Notes under the pieces: model-generated
What the model was told of the DNA's origin: nothing
What the model saw: the letters and a program-made list of their open reading frames with translations, nothing else
The model's database searches: none
Shown: positions 39,529-49,176 of the stretch, one piece after another
How the letters are laid out: each line of letters begins with the position of its first letter
Numbering within the stretch: position 1 is the stretch's first letter
DNA from: an uncultured bacterium
GTDB lineage: Bacteria > Patescibacteriota > Minisyncoccia > Phycocordibacterales > DATDWN01
NCBI GenBank assembly: GCA_963727715.1
Contig: CAVSGX010000007.1
Span: 36,688-100,687, forward strand
DNA length: 64,000 nt
Reading direction: 5' to 3'
Position numbers and translations under genes: made by a program

Positions 39529-40098
39529 TTAGGTGCTTTTTTCTGATAACAAAATTTGTCGCAAAGATGAAAGACCGCGACGATATTGACTTTTGACAGT
39601 GTTTGAGGGACGGCCGACCGTCTGACCAATCTCTTCAAATGTCATATTGCTACTGTGACGCAAGATGATGATTTCCCTTTGTTCCGGCGAAATTTGCGCC
39701 AGAACTTTTTCTATTTGTTCGGCCAATCCAACACGACTAAAAATCTCATCGGGCAACGGTTCTGGATCGGCCAGCCCGGCCTCCAAAAAATTACCACCGT
39801 CATCGTTATCAAATTGCGAAAAAACAAATTCTTTTTTCTTTTTCAAAAAATCCAAAGTGGTGTTTCTGGCAATGGACAAAAGCCATGGAGAAAAACGGGC
39901 ACCTCTTTTGTACGTGCCGGCCTTTTTCCAAACTTTGATGAAAGTTTCTTGAACGATATCCTCGGCGCTGTGATCGTTTTTGACCATTCGTCTGACAAAA
40001 TTGTAAACCAAATCCAGATTATTTTTTATCAAAACAGGCAAAGCGCTTTCGTCTCCATCAAGATAATCTTCCATCAGTTGTTCATTGGTTTTATTCAT
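39529..40098 (-). CDS. ECF-type RNA polymerase sigma-70 factor
   Basis: Region 2 (DIVQETFIKVWKK) and region 4 HTH (MTFEEIGQTVGRPSNTVKSQYRRG). Confidence 0.8.
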   Translation of the reverse strand: MNKTNEQLMEDYLDGDESALPVLIKNNLDLVYNFVRRMVKNDHSAEDIVQETFIKVWKKAGTYKRGARFSPWLLSIARNTTLDFLKKKKEFVFSQFDNDDGGNFLEAGLADPEPLPDEIFSRVGLAEQIEKVLAQISPEQREIIILRHSSNMTFEEIGQTVGRPSNTVKSQYRRGLSSLRQILLSEKST

Positions 40099-41077
40099 TT
40101 TCACCTTCAGTCTTTTCTTTTTCTTTTTTCTTTTTCGCCTCCAAAGCCTCCAAAGCTTGATCGACAACCATCGCGAATTTTTCCGGGTTAAGCAAATAGG
40201 AAGCATGCGCTCCTCTCAAAGAATAAAATCCATCAACATATTCAGATGTCAGTTCAGGGATTATTTTTTCGCGTCCAGTAACAGACATTGGTTCTGGTTC
40301 AACTTTCCCAGCCATTCTCTCAATCGGGAAAAGCTGATCGTCGGTTGTGGCGATAACTGCAATACCAATACCACTTTTTTTTATATCTTTGAGCATCTCC
40401 CGAACGTCCGTGGAAGTGATAGCCAAAACCGATTTGGCTCCGGCTGACATATTTCTATTAAGAATTTCAAACATATCAGCTTCTGTTTTTGGTGGGCTTG
40501 GGTTTTCTTCCTCATATTCTTTTCTGATATTTTGCTTCATATCTTTCAGCCAATGCAAGGCAAATTCTCCAGCATTCGTATCTCCGATAAGTCCGGCTGG
40601 ATTTTCCAATATCAAATTCCTGACAAGTTGCGGGTACAGATAGGCAAGTATAATGGAAAAAATCGCTCCCTCCGAACGTCCCATCATGTCAGCTTTTCCG
40701 GTTTCCACACCATCTTCTTTTATTTCTATGCCTCTTGCTCGCAAGGTTTCTATCAGAGCTTCCATTTTACGCAATTCAATTGCTTTATATTCTTCTCTCT
40801 CATTAGCCGAAATACCATGCGGAGTATCGGGACAAATAACTTCCCTACCCTTTTCTACCCACTGTCTGATGTGATTTTTATGAGATTCTGGTGATTCAGC
40901 CCAACCCATTCCAAGAACCAAAGGAACTTCTGTTTTGAATTTTCCTTCTTCAGGAGAAATATCATACACATCAAATGGTCTGTTTTCACCAAAAACTTTG
41001 ACTGTTTTCGGATGATTCCATTGTTTATCAAAAAAATTTTCTTCAGTATTTGTATTTTCAAATTTAAAACTTTCCAT
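40091..41077 (-). CDS. Alpha/beta hydrolase
   Basis: GxSxG nucleophile elbow (GRSEGA). Confidence 0.55.
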   Translation of the reverse strand: MESFKFENTNTEENFFDKQWNHPKTVKVFGENRPFDVYDISPEEGKFKTEVPLVLGMGWAESPESHKNHIRQWVEKGREVICPDTPHGISANEREEYKAIELRKMEALIETLRARGIEIKEDGVETGKADMMGRSEGAIFSIILAYLYPQLVRNLILENPAGLIGDTNAGEFALHWLKDMKQNIRKEYEEENPSPPKTEADMFEILNRNMSAGAKSVLAITSTDVREMLKDIKKSGIGIAVIATTDDQLFPIERMAGKVEPEPMSVTGREKIIPELTSEYVDGFYSLRGAHASYLLNPEKFAMVVDQALEALEAKKKKEKEKTEGENE

Positions 41078-41133
41078 ATTTTTGAATTAGTCGTCGATAT
41101 CAAATCTTAACATATTTTGGCCTTTAAAACTAT

Positions 41134-41736
41134 TTGATTTTATTATACAATTTAACTATGAGCATTTTCCATACTTTGCTACCCTGGTTGGAATCTTCCA
41201 AATATGTTTTGCTTTTTCTTGGCGCAGCTTTTGAAGGTCCGGCGGTAATGATGACTGGCGGTTTTTTATTTCGCCTTGGTCAGTTTAGTTTTTTGCCAAT
41301 GTATTTGGCTTTGGTTTTGGGCGATTTTACTTCCGATATGACCTACTACTGCGTAGGTCGGTTCGGCACCCGTTTGTTCATTTTAAGATTTAGACGGTTT
41401 TTGGGCGTCACTCCGGAAATTATAGAAAAAGTGGAAAGTCGCTTTTTGAAATACCATCAGAAAATTCTAATCATTTCCAAAATGACAATGGGTATGGGCT
41501 TCGCCACGGTTACTTTGATGGTCGCAGGGATGTTCAGGACGCCCACCAAGAATTTTGTTCTGATAAATCTTATTGGCGGATTTATCTGGACGGGCTTTGT
41601 GGTAGGTTTGGGATATTATTTTGGCAATATTTACTCGCAGATTTCCGGACCGCTGAAAATAATTTTTGTTTGTGCTATTGTGGCTGTTTTAGCTATTATT
41701 TTCACTTATGTCAATAAGAAACTGAAAGAATTATAA
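41134..41736 (+). CDS. DedA/VTT-family membrane protein
   Basis: F.G......G...G......L......GD.......Y..GR.G signature. Confidence 0.7.
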   Translation: MILLYNLTMSIFHTLLPWLESSKYVLLFLGAAFEGPAVMMTGGFLFRLGQFSFLPMYLALVLGDFTSDMTYYCVGRFGTRLFILRFRRFLGVTPEIIEKVESRFLKYHQKILIISKMTMGMGFATVTLMVAGMFRTPTKNFVLINLIGGFIWTGFVVGLGYYFGNIYSQISGPLKIIFVCAIVAVLAIIFTYVNKKLKEL

Positions 41737-41739
41737 GAT

Positions 41740-41917
41740 GAATTCCAAAATTACAACAAAAATATTTTTTGGAGACTCCGCAGGCGAGGAGCCGGTTTTG
41801 TCAACGACCCGAGCAAAGCGAGGGCTCTTGACAAATCCGAGCCGAGGACAGCCGAGAAAACTCGCTGGAGTTTTCGAGGTTGCTCCAAAAAATATTTTTT
41901 GTTGTAATTTTGGATTC
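41740..41917. repeat. MITE-like element with 33-bp near-perfect terminal inverted repeats and a GC-rich core (family 2, copy 1)
   Basis: gaattccaaaattacaacaaaaatattttttggag ... ctccaaaaaatattttttgttgtaattttggattc. Generates mirror-image 61/62-aa ORFs on both strands. Confidence 0.7.
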
Positions 41918-41927
41918 ATATAATAAT

Positions 41928-43073
41928 ATGAAAATCGCTTTATTCACCGACACATTCATACCGCAGATAAATGGCGTGGCCAACACCGTTTTTCGTTCAG
42001 CCACAGCTTTATCCAAGCTCGGCCATGAAGTTTCAGTTTTCACCATTTCCAAACACAATACTGAGGAGTTGTTGATTTTTTCCGGAAATGATTTTGAGGT
42101 TGTTACTTTGCCATCGACCGGCGCTCTGGTTTACAAAGGTGAAAGATTGTCCGCCCCTGTCGGTTTTGCCCTAAGAAAAATAAGAAAAAATCGGCCAGAC
42201 ATTATTCACACTCACACGCCGTTTTCTGTTGGTTGGGAAGCAGTCATTTCAGCCAAAAGACTCGGCATCCCTTTGGTTGGGACACATCATACTTTTTTTG
42301 ATCATTATTTGAAATATGTTTTTTTGGATTTTGATTGGGCCAAAAAATTTTCATGGAAAGCGACGGTTGGTTATTATAATCGTTGCGATATGGTTGTCAG
42401 TCCGACACATTCTCTAGCTGATGGTCTTAGGGAAAATGGTTTGAAAAAAAATATCGAGATTGTGGTTAATTCTTTGGATGTTGAAAAATTCAGTCCGGAC
42501 AAAAATAAAAAAAGAGGAACAAAAAATTTGGTTTATATGGGCCGGATCGGCTACGAAAAAAGCATTGATGATGTCATAAAGGCCACGGCCATAATCAAAC
42601 AAAAAATTCCGGACATCAGATTGGAAATTATCGGCGACGGCCCGGAAAAAGAAAACTTGCGTAAATTGGCCGAAGAACTCGGTCTTTCCAAAAATGTTTC
42701 TTTCAGCGGATTTCTGCACGGTCAAGAGCTTGTCAGAGCTTTGCAGAAGGCCGATGTTTTTCTTTTGGGTAGCAAAAGCGAAAATATGCCTCTGTCCGTT
42801 TTGGAAGCTATGGCTGTTGGCTTGCCTATTGTGGCTGTATCTTCCCTAGGTCTTTTGGAAATAGTGGCCGGTGGAGAAAACGGTTTTTTGATCTCGCCGG
42901 ACAATCCGAAAGAAATGGCTGAAAAGACTATTCTGCTTTTGAACGATCAGGAAAAACTGAAAAAGTTTTCAGAAAAATCCAGAGAAATGTCACTTCTCTA
43001 TTCCGACGAATCATCCGCCAAAAAACTTTTAGTTATTTATGAAAAACTTATTAAAAACCATCTAAAAAAATAA
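41928..43073 (+). CDS. Glycosyltransferase family 4
   Basis: GT4 C-terminal motif EAMAVGLPIVA. N-terminal Glyco_transf_4 domain. Confidence 0.8.
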   Translation: MKIALFTDTFIPQINGVANTVFRSATALSKLGHEVSVFTISKHNTEELLIFSGNDFEVVTLPSTGALVYKGERLSAPVGFALRKIRKNRPDIIHTHTPFSVGWEAVISAKRLGIPLVGTHHTFFDHYLKYVFLDFDWAKKFSWKATVGYYNRCDMVVSPTHSLADGLRENGLKKNIEIVVNSLDVEKFSPDKNKKRGTKNLVYMGRIGYEKSIDDVIKATAIIKQKIPDIRLEIIGDGPEKENLRKLAEELGLSKNVSFSGFLHGQELVRALQKADVFLLGSKSENMPLSVLEAMAVGLPIVAVSSLGLLEIVAGGENGFLISPDNPKEMAEKTILLLNDQEKLKKFSEKSREMSLLYSDESSAKKLLVIYEKLIKNHLKK

Positions 43074-43074
43074 A

Positions 43075-44088
43075 ATGAAAATTTGTTTATATTCCGAGTT
43101 TTATAAAATTTTCGGTGGCACGGAAAATATCGGCGGGGGACTCATATCGGCGCTGGAAAATCAAAAGAAAATGCTCAATTATTTGAATATTCCATTTACC
43201 GAAAAAATTGAAGAGGATTGGGATATTTTACAGGTCAACATCCCATGGCCAAAATCTCTGATGAAAGCAAAACGAGCCAAAAAAGACGGAAAGAAAGTTG
43301 TGATGTGGTCCCATGTGACGGTGGAGGATTTGCAAAAATCCATTGGTCTTTTCAAAATTATCCCCGGGCTTTCATGGTTGGTTAAAAAATATTTAACTTA
43401 CGCCTATTCCCTACCAGATATGGTTTTTTGCCCCACCCAATACACAAAAAACGTTTTGATTTCCTATGGTTTGCCAGCTGGAAAACTTTTCGTTCAATCA
43501 AACGCAGTTGACACAACAAAATTTTTCAAAAATTCTGACAAAAGAGATTCGTACCGCAAGAAATACAATTTGCAAGGTTTGGTCGTCGGCAACATAGCTT
43601 TGGTTATATACCGGAAAGGAACCGACACTTTTTTAAAAACGGCTTCAAAATTTCCGGAAAATAAATTTGTCTGGTTTGGAAAAATTTTCAGTAAAGTTTT
43701 TGTCCAAAAAACTTCAATGAAAACTCCGTCAAATGTTAGTTTTACTGGTTTTGTTGAAGATGCCAACTCGGCTTTGAATTCCATTGATATTTTTTTCTTC
43801 CCGTCATACGAAGAAAATCAGGGCATGGTTATTTTGGAAGCAGCTTGTCTTGGCTTGCCTATTTTGGTCCGCGATATCCCAGCCTATCAAGGGTGGCTTA
43901 AACACAATGAAAATTGTCTCAAAGCCGGAAACGATGAAGAATTTGAAAAATATTTGGGGCAACTTTTGACAGATGGGACTTTGCGTTTGCGTTTGAGCAG
44001 TGAAGCTCTGAAACTGGCCGAGAGAGAGAGCATCCCTGCCTTGGCCCAGAAATTGAAACTGGAATACGAAAGACTTTTAAAAATATGA
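43075..44088 (+). CDS. Glycosyltransferase family 4
   Basis: E...LEAACLGLPILVRD motif. Confidence 0.7.
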   Translation: MKICLYSEFYKIFGGTENIGGGLISALENQKKMLNYLNIPFTEKIEEDWDILQVNIPWPKSLMKAKRAKKDGKKVVMWSHVTVEDLQKSIGLFKIIPGLSWLVKKYLTYAYSLPDMVFCPTQYTKNVLISYGLPAGKLFVQSNAVDTTKFFKNSDKRDSYRKKYNLQGLVVGNIALVIYRKGTDTFLKTASKFPENKFVWFGKIFSKVFVQKTSMKTPSNVSFTGFVEDANSALNSIDIFFFPSYEENQGMVILEAACLGLPILVRDIPAYQGWLKHNENCLKAGNDEEFEKYLGQLLTDGTLRLRLSSEALKLAERESIPALAQKLKLEYERLLKI

Positions 44089-44882
44089 AAGAATATTTTT
44101 TTGAAGAAAGAGGAATATTTTACAGAAAAAACGATTTTGTCCAGGGTCGACCGACTTTGATTTTCATACATGGTGTTTCGGCCAGTTCTATTTATTGGGA
44201 GCCATACGAAAATAAATTCCAAAATCATTTCAATGTTTTGTCTCTGGACCTACGTGGCCATGGTAAATCAAAAAAATTTAAAAGATACGACGACTATAAA
44301 ATTAAAAATCTCGCCGATGACGTTTATGCGCTTTTATCGGAATTAAAAATAGAAAAACCGATTTTGATCTGCCATTCTTTCGCCACACTTGTAGCCTTGG
44401 AATTTATGTCCGAACAAGAAAATTTGCTTTCGGCCGCGGTTTTGCTCAGTCCTAATTATTCTGTCAAAAAAAATTGGTTTGGAAATTTTTTGAATTTTCT
44501 TTTTGAAAAAAATCTTATGCCACTTTTCTTTTGGCCTGAAATCAAGGGCCATGTTGACCATCAACGCTACCTCGGCACCGGCGATTGGAATTTTCGCCGT
44601 GTTTTTCAGGACATTTTGAAAACTGGTTTCCGAATTTATTTTTATTACATTGCTTCAATGTCCGGTTTTGATCGCCAAGATCTCCTGTCGAAAATAAAAA
44701 TTCCGACATTGATTATCCACGGCAAGAAAGACGGATATTTCCCAGTCCAAAACGCCATTTATATGGCTAGTATGACCCCCCATTCCGAGTTGCACCTTTT
44801 ATCAAAGGCTGACCATATTATTGTTCTAAACAATTTCCCAGAAATTTCCGAACTGATAGAGCGGTTTGTGCAAAAAATTTAA
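44085..44882 (+). CDS. Alpha/beta-fold hydrolase
   Basis: HGxxxS N-terminus (IFIHGVSASS). Nucleophile elbow CHSFA. Confidence 0.65.
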   Translation: MKEYFFEERGIFYRKNDFVQGRPTLIFIHGVSASSIYWEPYENKFQNHFNVLSLDLRGHGKSKKFKRYDDYKIKNLADDVYALLSELKIEKPILICHSFATLVALEFMSEQENLLSAAVLLSPNYSVKKNWFGNFLNFLFEKNLMPLFFWPEIKGHVDHQRYLGTGDWNFRRVFQDILKTGFRIYFYYIASMSGFDRQDLLSKIKIPTLIIHGKKDGYFPVQNAIYMASMTPHSELHLLSKADHIIVLNNFPEISELIERFVQKI

Positions 44883-44900
44883 ACTGATACTATATATTAT

Positions 44901-45551
44901 ATGAAAGAAACGCTGATTTCATACAAAACTCACTTTAAGGATAAGAAATTCATCTGGTCAGTTATTATAGCCCTTCTTTTTTTAGCTGTATCTTTGGTTA
45001 TAAACTTTTACGCTGGAACATACGCTACGGAAAGCGCCAGTAGTCCGGTTACCGATATTATTCTTTCCAACACCAAAGCTTTTGATTTGGATGGTTTGTT
45101 CGTTTACGGTTCTCTTATTTTTTTCTTTTTCAGTTGCTTTATTTGTCTCAGGGACCCGGAAAAAATTCCATTCGCCGGTAAAAGCATCGCTTTGTTTATT
45201 ATTACCAGATCTATTTTTATCAGTATGACCCATATTGGACCGTTTCCGTCGCAAATAGCTATTCATTCGGATATTCTTTCAAAATTGACGTTTGGGGGTG
45301 ACTTATTTTTTTCTGGTCATACCGGTCTACCTTTTCTCTTGGCTTTGATTTTTTGGCAGAATAAAACCATCCGGAATATTTTCATCGCCTTTTCCCTATT
45401 TTTCGCCGTGGTTGTCCTTCTAGCTCATTTGCACTACACTATCGATGTGATGTCGGCATTCTTTATCACCTACACCATATTTCATATCGCCGAGTTTCTT
45501 TTTGCAAAGGAAAGGAAATTATTTTTCTCCGGTATGATTGGACAGCCCTAG
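44901..45551 (+). CDS. PAP2-superfamily-like membrane protein
   Basis: SGH and HxxxD motifs (FFSGHTGLP; LAHLHYTIDV) within TM helices. Confidence 0.45.
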   Translation: MKETLISYKTHFKDKKFIWSVIIALLFLAVSLVINFYAGTYATESASSPVTDIILSNTKAFDLDGLFVYGSLIFFFFSCFICLRDPEKIPFAGKSIALFIITRSIFISMTHIGPFPSQIAIHSDILSKLTFGGDLFFSGHTGLPFLLALIFWQNKTIRNIFIAFSLFFAVVVLLAHLHYTIDVMSAFFITYTIFHIAEFLFAKERKLFFSGMIGQP

Positions 45552-45583
45552 ATTATTCCCGAGTAAAATTTCATTTTTAACAT

Positions 45584-46387
45584 ATGAAAACTCTTAAACG
45601 TCATACTAATTCAAGTTACCCTCACACTTTGTCTGAGAAATTGTATTCATTTTTTATCATGCCTCTTTTTCTTGTCGCTTTGATCTTCGTTGGCATCAAA
45701 ATTTTTCATCTACCATTTGTCAACTTATCCCCGTTATCTTTTTACGATATCGGCTTGGCGGCCTTTTTGACTTTGTCTCGCTTGCTTTTAGCTTATGCTA
45801 TGGCTATCATTGTGGCCATTCCTTTGGCTATTTTGGCCACACATTCCAAAACTGCTGAAAAAATTCTTTTGCCTTTATTTGATATTTTGGAATCAGTTCC
45901 AATCCTGGCCTTTTTCCCGGTTCTGATTTTTCTTTTCCTGAAATTCGGCGCGCTTAATATGGCTGCTGTTTTCATACTTTTTTTGAGCATGCTTTGGAAT
46001 ATTGTTTTCACCCTGGTTGGTGGCATAAAAATAATTCCGCAGGATATTATTTCGGCAGCCAAAGTTTTTAAAATAAACGGTTTTCAATATTTGCGTCGAG
46101 TTCTTTTGCCGGCCATTTTTCCGGAGATTGTCACTGGCTCCATTTTAGCTATGGCTCAAGGTTGGAACCTGATCATCGTGGCCGAAGTGATGCACACTTA
46201 TTTGCCCCACGGCACAGCAAGCCAAGACTTGTTCGGCCTCGGCAGTATTTTGGTGAACGCGGCGTCAAATGGCCAAAACAGTATTTTCCTGGTCACTTTG
46301 CTTGCGATGATTTTAATCATTGCTTTGTTTAATTTCTTTATCTGGCAAAAACTTTTGCATTACGCGCAGGAATTTAAATTTGAATAA
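45584..46387 (+). CDS. ABC transporter permease (NitT/TauT-type BPD_transp_1)
   Basis: 6-TM permease with EAA-like loop. Confidence 0.75.
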   Translation: MKTLKRHTNSSYPHTLSEKLYSFFIMPLFLVALIFVGIKIFHLPFVNLSPLSFYDIGLAAFLTLSRLLLAYAMAIIVAIPLAILATHSKTAEKILLPLFDILESVPILAFFPVLIFLFLKFGALNMAAVFILFLSMLWNIVFTLVGGIKIIPQDIISAAKVFKINGFQYLRRVLLPAIFPEIVTGSILAMAQGWNLIIVAEVMHTYLPHGTASQDLFGLGSILVNAASNGQNSIFLVTLLAMILIIALFNFFIWQKLLHYAQEFKFE

Positions 46388-46388
46388 A

Positions 46389-47099
46389 ATGGAAAAAATA
46401 ATTTCTTTTGAAAATGTCGGCAAAATTTATCCCTTGGTCAAGGAAACGGCTTTGGTTGATGTTAATTTTTCGGTGGAGACGGGCCAGTTTGTTTGTATGG
46501 TTGGCGCTTCGGGCGGAGGCAAAACAACCATTTTGAAAATCATCGCCGGTTTGGAGAAAGAAACTTCCGGCAAAGTTATAAAACCGGACAACGTTTCCAT
46601 GGTTTTTCAATCCGGAGCGGTTTTCCCTTGGCTCTCTGTTTTTGACAATATCGCTATGCCACTTCAAGTCAAAAATCTTTCATACAGAGAAATTAAAAAA
46701 ACAGTGGATCAGCAAATGGAAATAATGGGGCTTTCGGCTTTCATTCAAAAACGACCGTCCGAACTTTCCGGCGGGCAACGCCAACGGGTCGGCATCGCTC
46801 GCGCTTTGGTCGTCAACCCTGATGTTCTTCTTTTGGATGAACCTTTTTCCGCTTTGGACGCCAAAACCACATCGGAATTGCACCAGGACCTCATAAAAAT
46901 CTGGAAAGAAACCGGCAAGACTATTGTTATGGTTTCGCATCTTATTGAGGAAGCCGTTTCTTTGGCCAGTAGAGTTCTCTTGGTTAAAAATAAAACCGTG
47001 GTTCATGAATTTGAAATCAATTTCCCTTATCCGCGACGCGAACAGCAGGAAGCTTTTATGTCCGAAGTGACAAAAATCCGAAAAGAGTTTTTCCTTTGA
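46389..47099 (+). CDS. ABC transporter ATP-binding protein (NitT/TauT-type)
   Basis: Walker A GASGGGKTT. LSGGQRQRVGIARAL. Walker B LLLDEPFSALD. Confidence 0.9.
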   Translation: MEKIISFENVGKIYPLVKETALVDVNFSVETGQFVCMVGASGGGKTTILKIIAGLEKETSGKVIKPDNVSMVFQSGAVFPWLSVFDNIAMPLQVKNLSYREIKKTVDQQMEIMGLSAFIQKRPSELSGGQRQRVGIARALVVNPDVLLLDEPFSALDAKTTSELHQDLIKIWKETGKTIVMVSHLIEEAVSLASRVLLVKNKTVVHEFEINFPYPRREQQEAFMSEVTKIRKEFFL

Positions 47100-47234
47100 A
47101 TTCCAAAACTCTTGTCTCGGAAAATCCTTTGCGGAGCACGCGTCAAAAATCTGCTGATTTTTGCGCTCACTCTCGCATCGTCGTGCTCCGAGAGTCTCCG
47201 CAAACGATTTTCACTCGCCGTAGTTTTGGAATTC
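47098..47234. repeat. MITE-like palindromic element with gaattccaaaact termini and a GC-rich core (family 2, copy 2)
   Basis: tgaattccaaaactcttgtctcgg...gcggagcacg ... cgtgctccgagagtctccgc...agttttggaattc. Shares the gaattccaaaa ends and the gag(a/t)ctccgca core with the 41740 copy. Overlaps the ATPase stop codon. Confidence 0.65.
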
Positions 47235-47260
47235 AAAATTCATGTGACTGATAAGATGAC

Positions 47261-47749
47261 TTGACAACCCCAACAACAAGAGTAGACTTATGCCGGAGGT
47301 TCGAAACAATGCTACATCAATTTTACGCAGTTACATTGACTTCCATATATCTTGTGGGGGATAAAAAGGAAAATAGTCCTTACCCTTTCGCCCAAAAAAT
47401 CGCCCTAAAAGGAGAAAGTGGGATACCGGTTGGGAATGAACTAGAAAATGGCACAATGATTGCCATCGCCAAACAACTTCAGGCTTATATCCCCGAAGGA
47501 GGAGGTTTGACCTCTTTCGAGAGAAGACTTGAAATGGTTAATACAAGATATTGGGGGGGCCATTCATCCTACATAGTTGCTCTTTTCAAGACAGAAAAAG
47601 AAGCCGAGGAATGTCTTGGACAAGATAATCTCCAACCGTGTGATAATCGTTGGGTTGAGAAGACAAAAGAAATAATCGAAGAAATTGGAGAAAATCATCC
47701 GGCGTTTGAAGTTTGCAGATGGCATGATCTTGCTCTTTTAGAATCTTAA
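47261..47749 (+). CDS. Hypothetical protein
   Basis: ORF only. Confidence 0.35.
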   Translation: MTTPTTRVDLCRRFETMLHQFYAVTLTSIYLVGDKKENSPYPFAQKIALKGESGIPVGNELENGTMIAIAKQLQAYIPEGGGLTSFERRLEMVNTRYWGGHSSYIVALFKTEKEAEECLGQDNLQPCDNRWVEKTKEIIEEIGENHPAFEVCRWHDLALLES

Positions 47750-47800
47750 TTAATATAGATAAAATATTTGCGAGGCTTGAGAGCCCCGCAAATTTTTTAT

Positions 47801-48388
47801 TTAAATAATCCATTTGTACAAATTGAATCCCAAAATAGACCCGATGATTGGCGCCAAAAGATATGTCCAATTCATGGCGTGGAGTGAAAAGGCCACGGCT
47901 GGATTCAAAATACCAAACGAGCCGGCAAGCGAGGCAATAAGAATACCGAAAAGAAGTGAACTGCCGATAATGACGCCGGAAAAAGCGTGAGGAACTTTTT
48001 CATACGCCACCGCCGCTATGCCGAGAGTGAAGAACAATGTGCCCAAAGCTTCGGCGCAAAAAATAGCGACGGAAAAATGAGCCAGGGTTGGACTTGGTTG
48101 ATTCATATGGAAAAGAAGTGTGCCTGAGATTATAGCTAGCGAAGCACCAGCAAATTGAGAGACAATGTAACTGATAACATCCTGCCATTTAATTTTTCTA
48201 ACTGACCAAAGACCGATGGTAACAGCCGGATTTATGTGACAACCAGACAGTGGACCAATCAAATAAACAAAAAGACCGAAAGTCAGTCCGATTATTACCG
48301 GCACGGGAAGAGGCAAGTTTTGACTTGTCACCGCCGCAAAAACAATAAAAGAGAGAGCAAATGTGCCGATCAGTTCGGCCAGATACAT
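47801..48388 (-). CDS. Aquaporin / MIP-family channel
   Basis: Two NPA boxes (GCHINPAVTIG and GILNPAVAFS). Six TM helices. Start moved to MYLAELIGTF. Confidence 0.85.
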   Translation of the reverse strand: MYLAELIGTFALSFIVFAAVTSQNLPLPVPVIIGLTFGLFVYLIGPLSGCHINPAVTIGLWSVRKIKWQDVISYIVSQFAGASLAIISGTLLFHMNQPSPTLAHFSVAIFCAEALGTLFFTLGIAAVAYEKVPHAFSGVIIGSSLLFGILIASLAGSFGILNPAVAFSLHAMNWTYLLAPIIGSILGFNLYKWII

Positions 48389-48401
48389 ATTGTATTTTTT
48401 T

Positions 48402-48539
48402 ATCCGCACACTAACATTGTCATTATTTTTTTGTTCTATCATAAAATTGTAATTAAATATTTTATTAAAAATGATTAAATGATAAATTGCTAATGCCTTT
48501 TTTGAAAAATGGGATCATAACAATGTTAGTGTGCGGATG
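48402..48539. repeat. 19-bp perfect inverted repeat (atccgcacactaacattgt) bracketing ~100 bp of AT-rich DNA in the aquaporin 5' region
   Basis: Arms at 48402-48420 and 48521-48539. Confidence 0.6.
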
Positions 48540-48579
48540 AATTTAAAAAAATTATTTGATAATTTTATTCACGTGTTAA

Positions 48580-49161
48580 TTATATCATATTTTCTTTCAT
48601 TTTTCTTTTTTTGATAATTTTGACCAGCAAGTAAACAAGTGGCACAATCAAAATGACGGCTATGACATAATATTGCAGGTACGTTGGACCAAGACGCAGA
48701 GCCATTCGGCCAAAATAATAACCAATGGAAAGTAAAGCTAGTGATCGCAAAGCGTTTAGAATAAAAACAGACTCAAAAAAGCGACCAAGAGACATTTTTG
48801 AAACCCCCGCAGCTAACATAAAAACAGTGCCCAGACCATAAGAAACTTTGGCTACCAACATTGTTTTCCACGGTGACTTTTCATACCGCGCTTCCATTCT
48901 GTTTATCATTTCATCAGAAACTCTCAAAAATTTTAGTCTCTGTATCAAATTTCTGCCATTGCGGCCAATGATGTAAAAAATGGTGTCGGAAATGACATCC
49001 CCAAAATAAACCACCAAAAAAGCCGGCAAAAAAGCCAGAATGTGTCGCGAAACCAAAAAACCGGAAATGATAGTGATGATCGGCCCCTCCAAAACGGCTA
49101 TTGGAAAAATGGCAACATATTTGTAGTGAACAAAGAATCTGATGAGCACTCTGGTAGTCAT
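48580..49161 (-). CDS. DedA/VTT-family membrane protein (second paralog)
   Basis: VLEGPIITIISGFLVS...GDVISDTIFYIIGRNG signature. Confidence 0.65.
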   Translation of the reverse strand: MTTRVLIRFFVHYKYVAIFPIAVLEGPIITIISGFLVSRHILAFLPAFLVVYFGDVISDTIFYIIGRNGRNLIQRLKFLRVSDEMINRMEARYEKSPWKTMLVAKVSYGLGTVFMLAAGVSKMSLGRFFESVFILNALRSLALLSIGYYFGRMALRLGPTYLQYYVIAVILIVPLVYLLVKIIKKRKMKENMI

Positions 49162-49176
49162 TTGAATATTGTAACA

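Noticed and set aside
41731-41923. Mirror-image 61/62-aa ORFs on both strands
   Set aside because: Artefact of translating a near-perfect palindrome (MITE-like element). Not credible genes.
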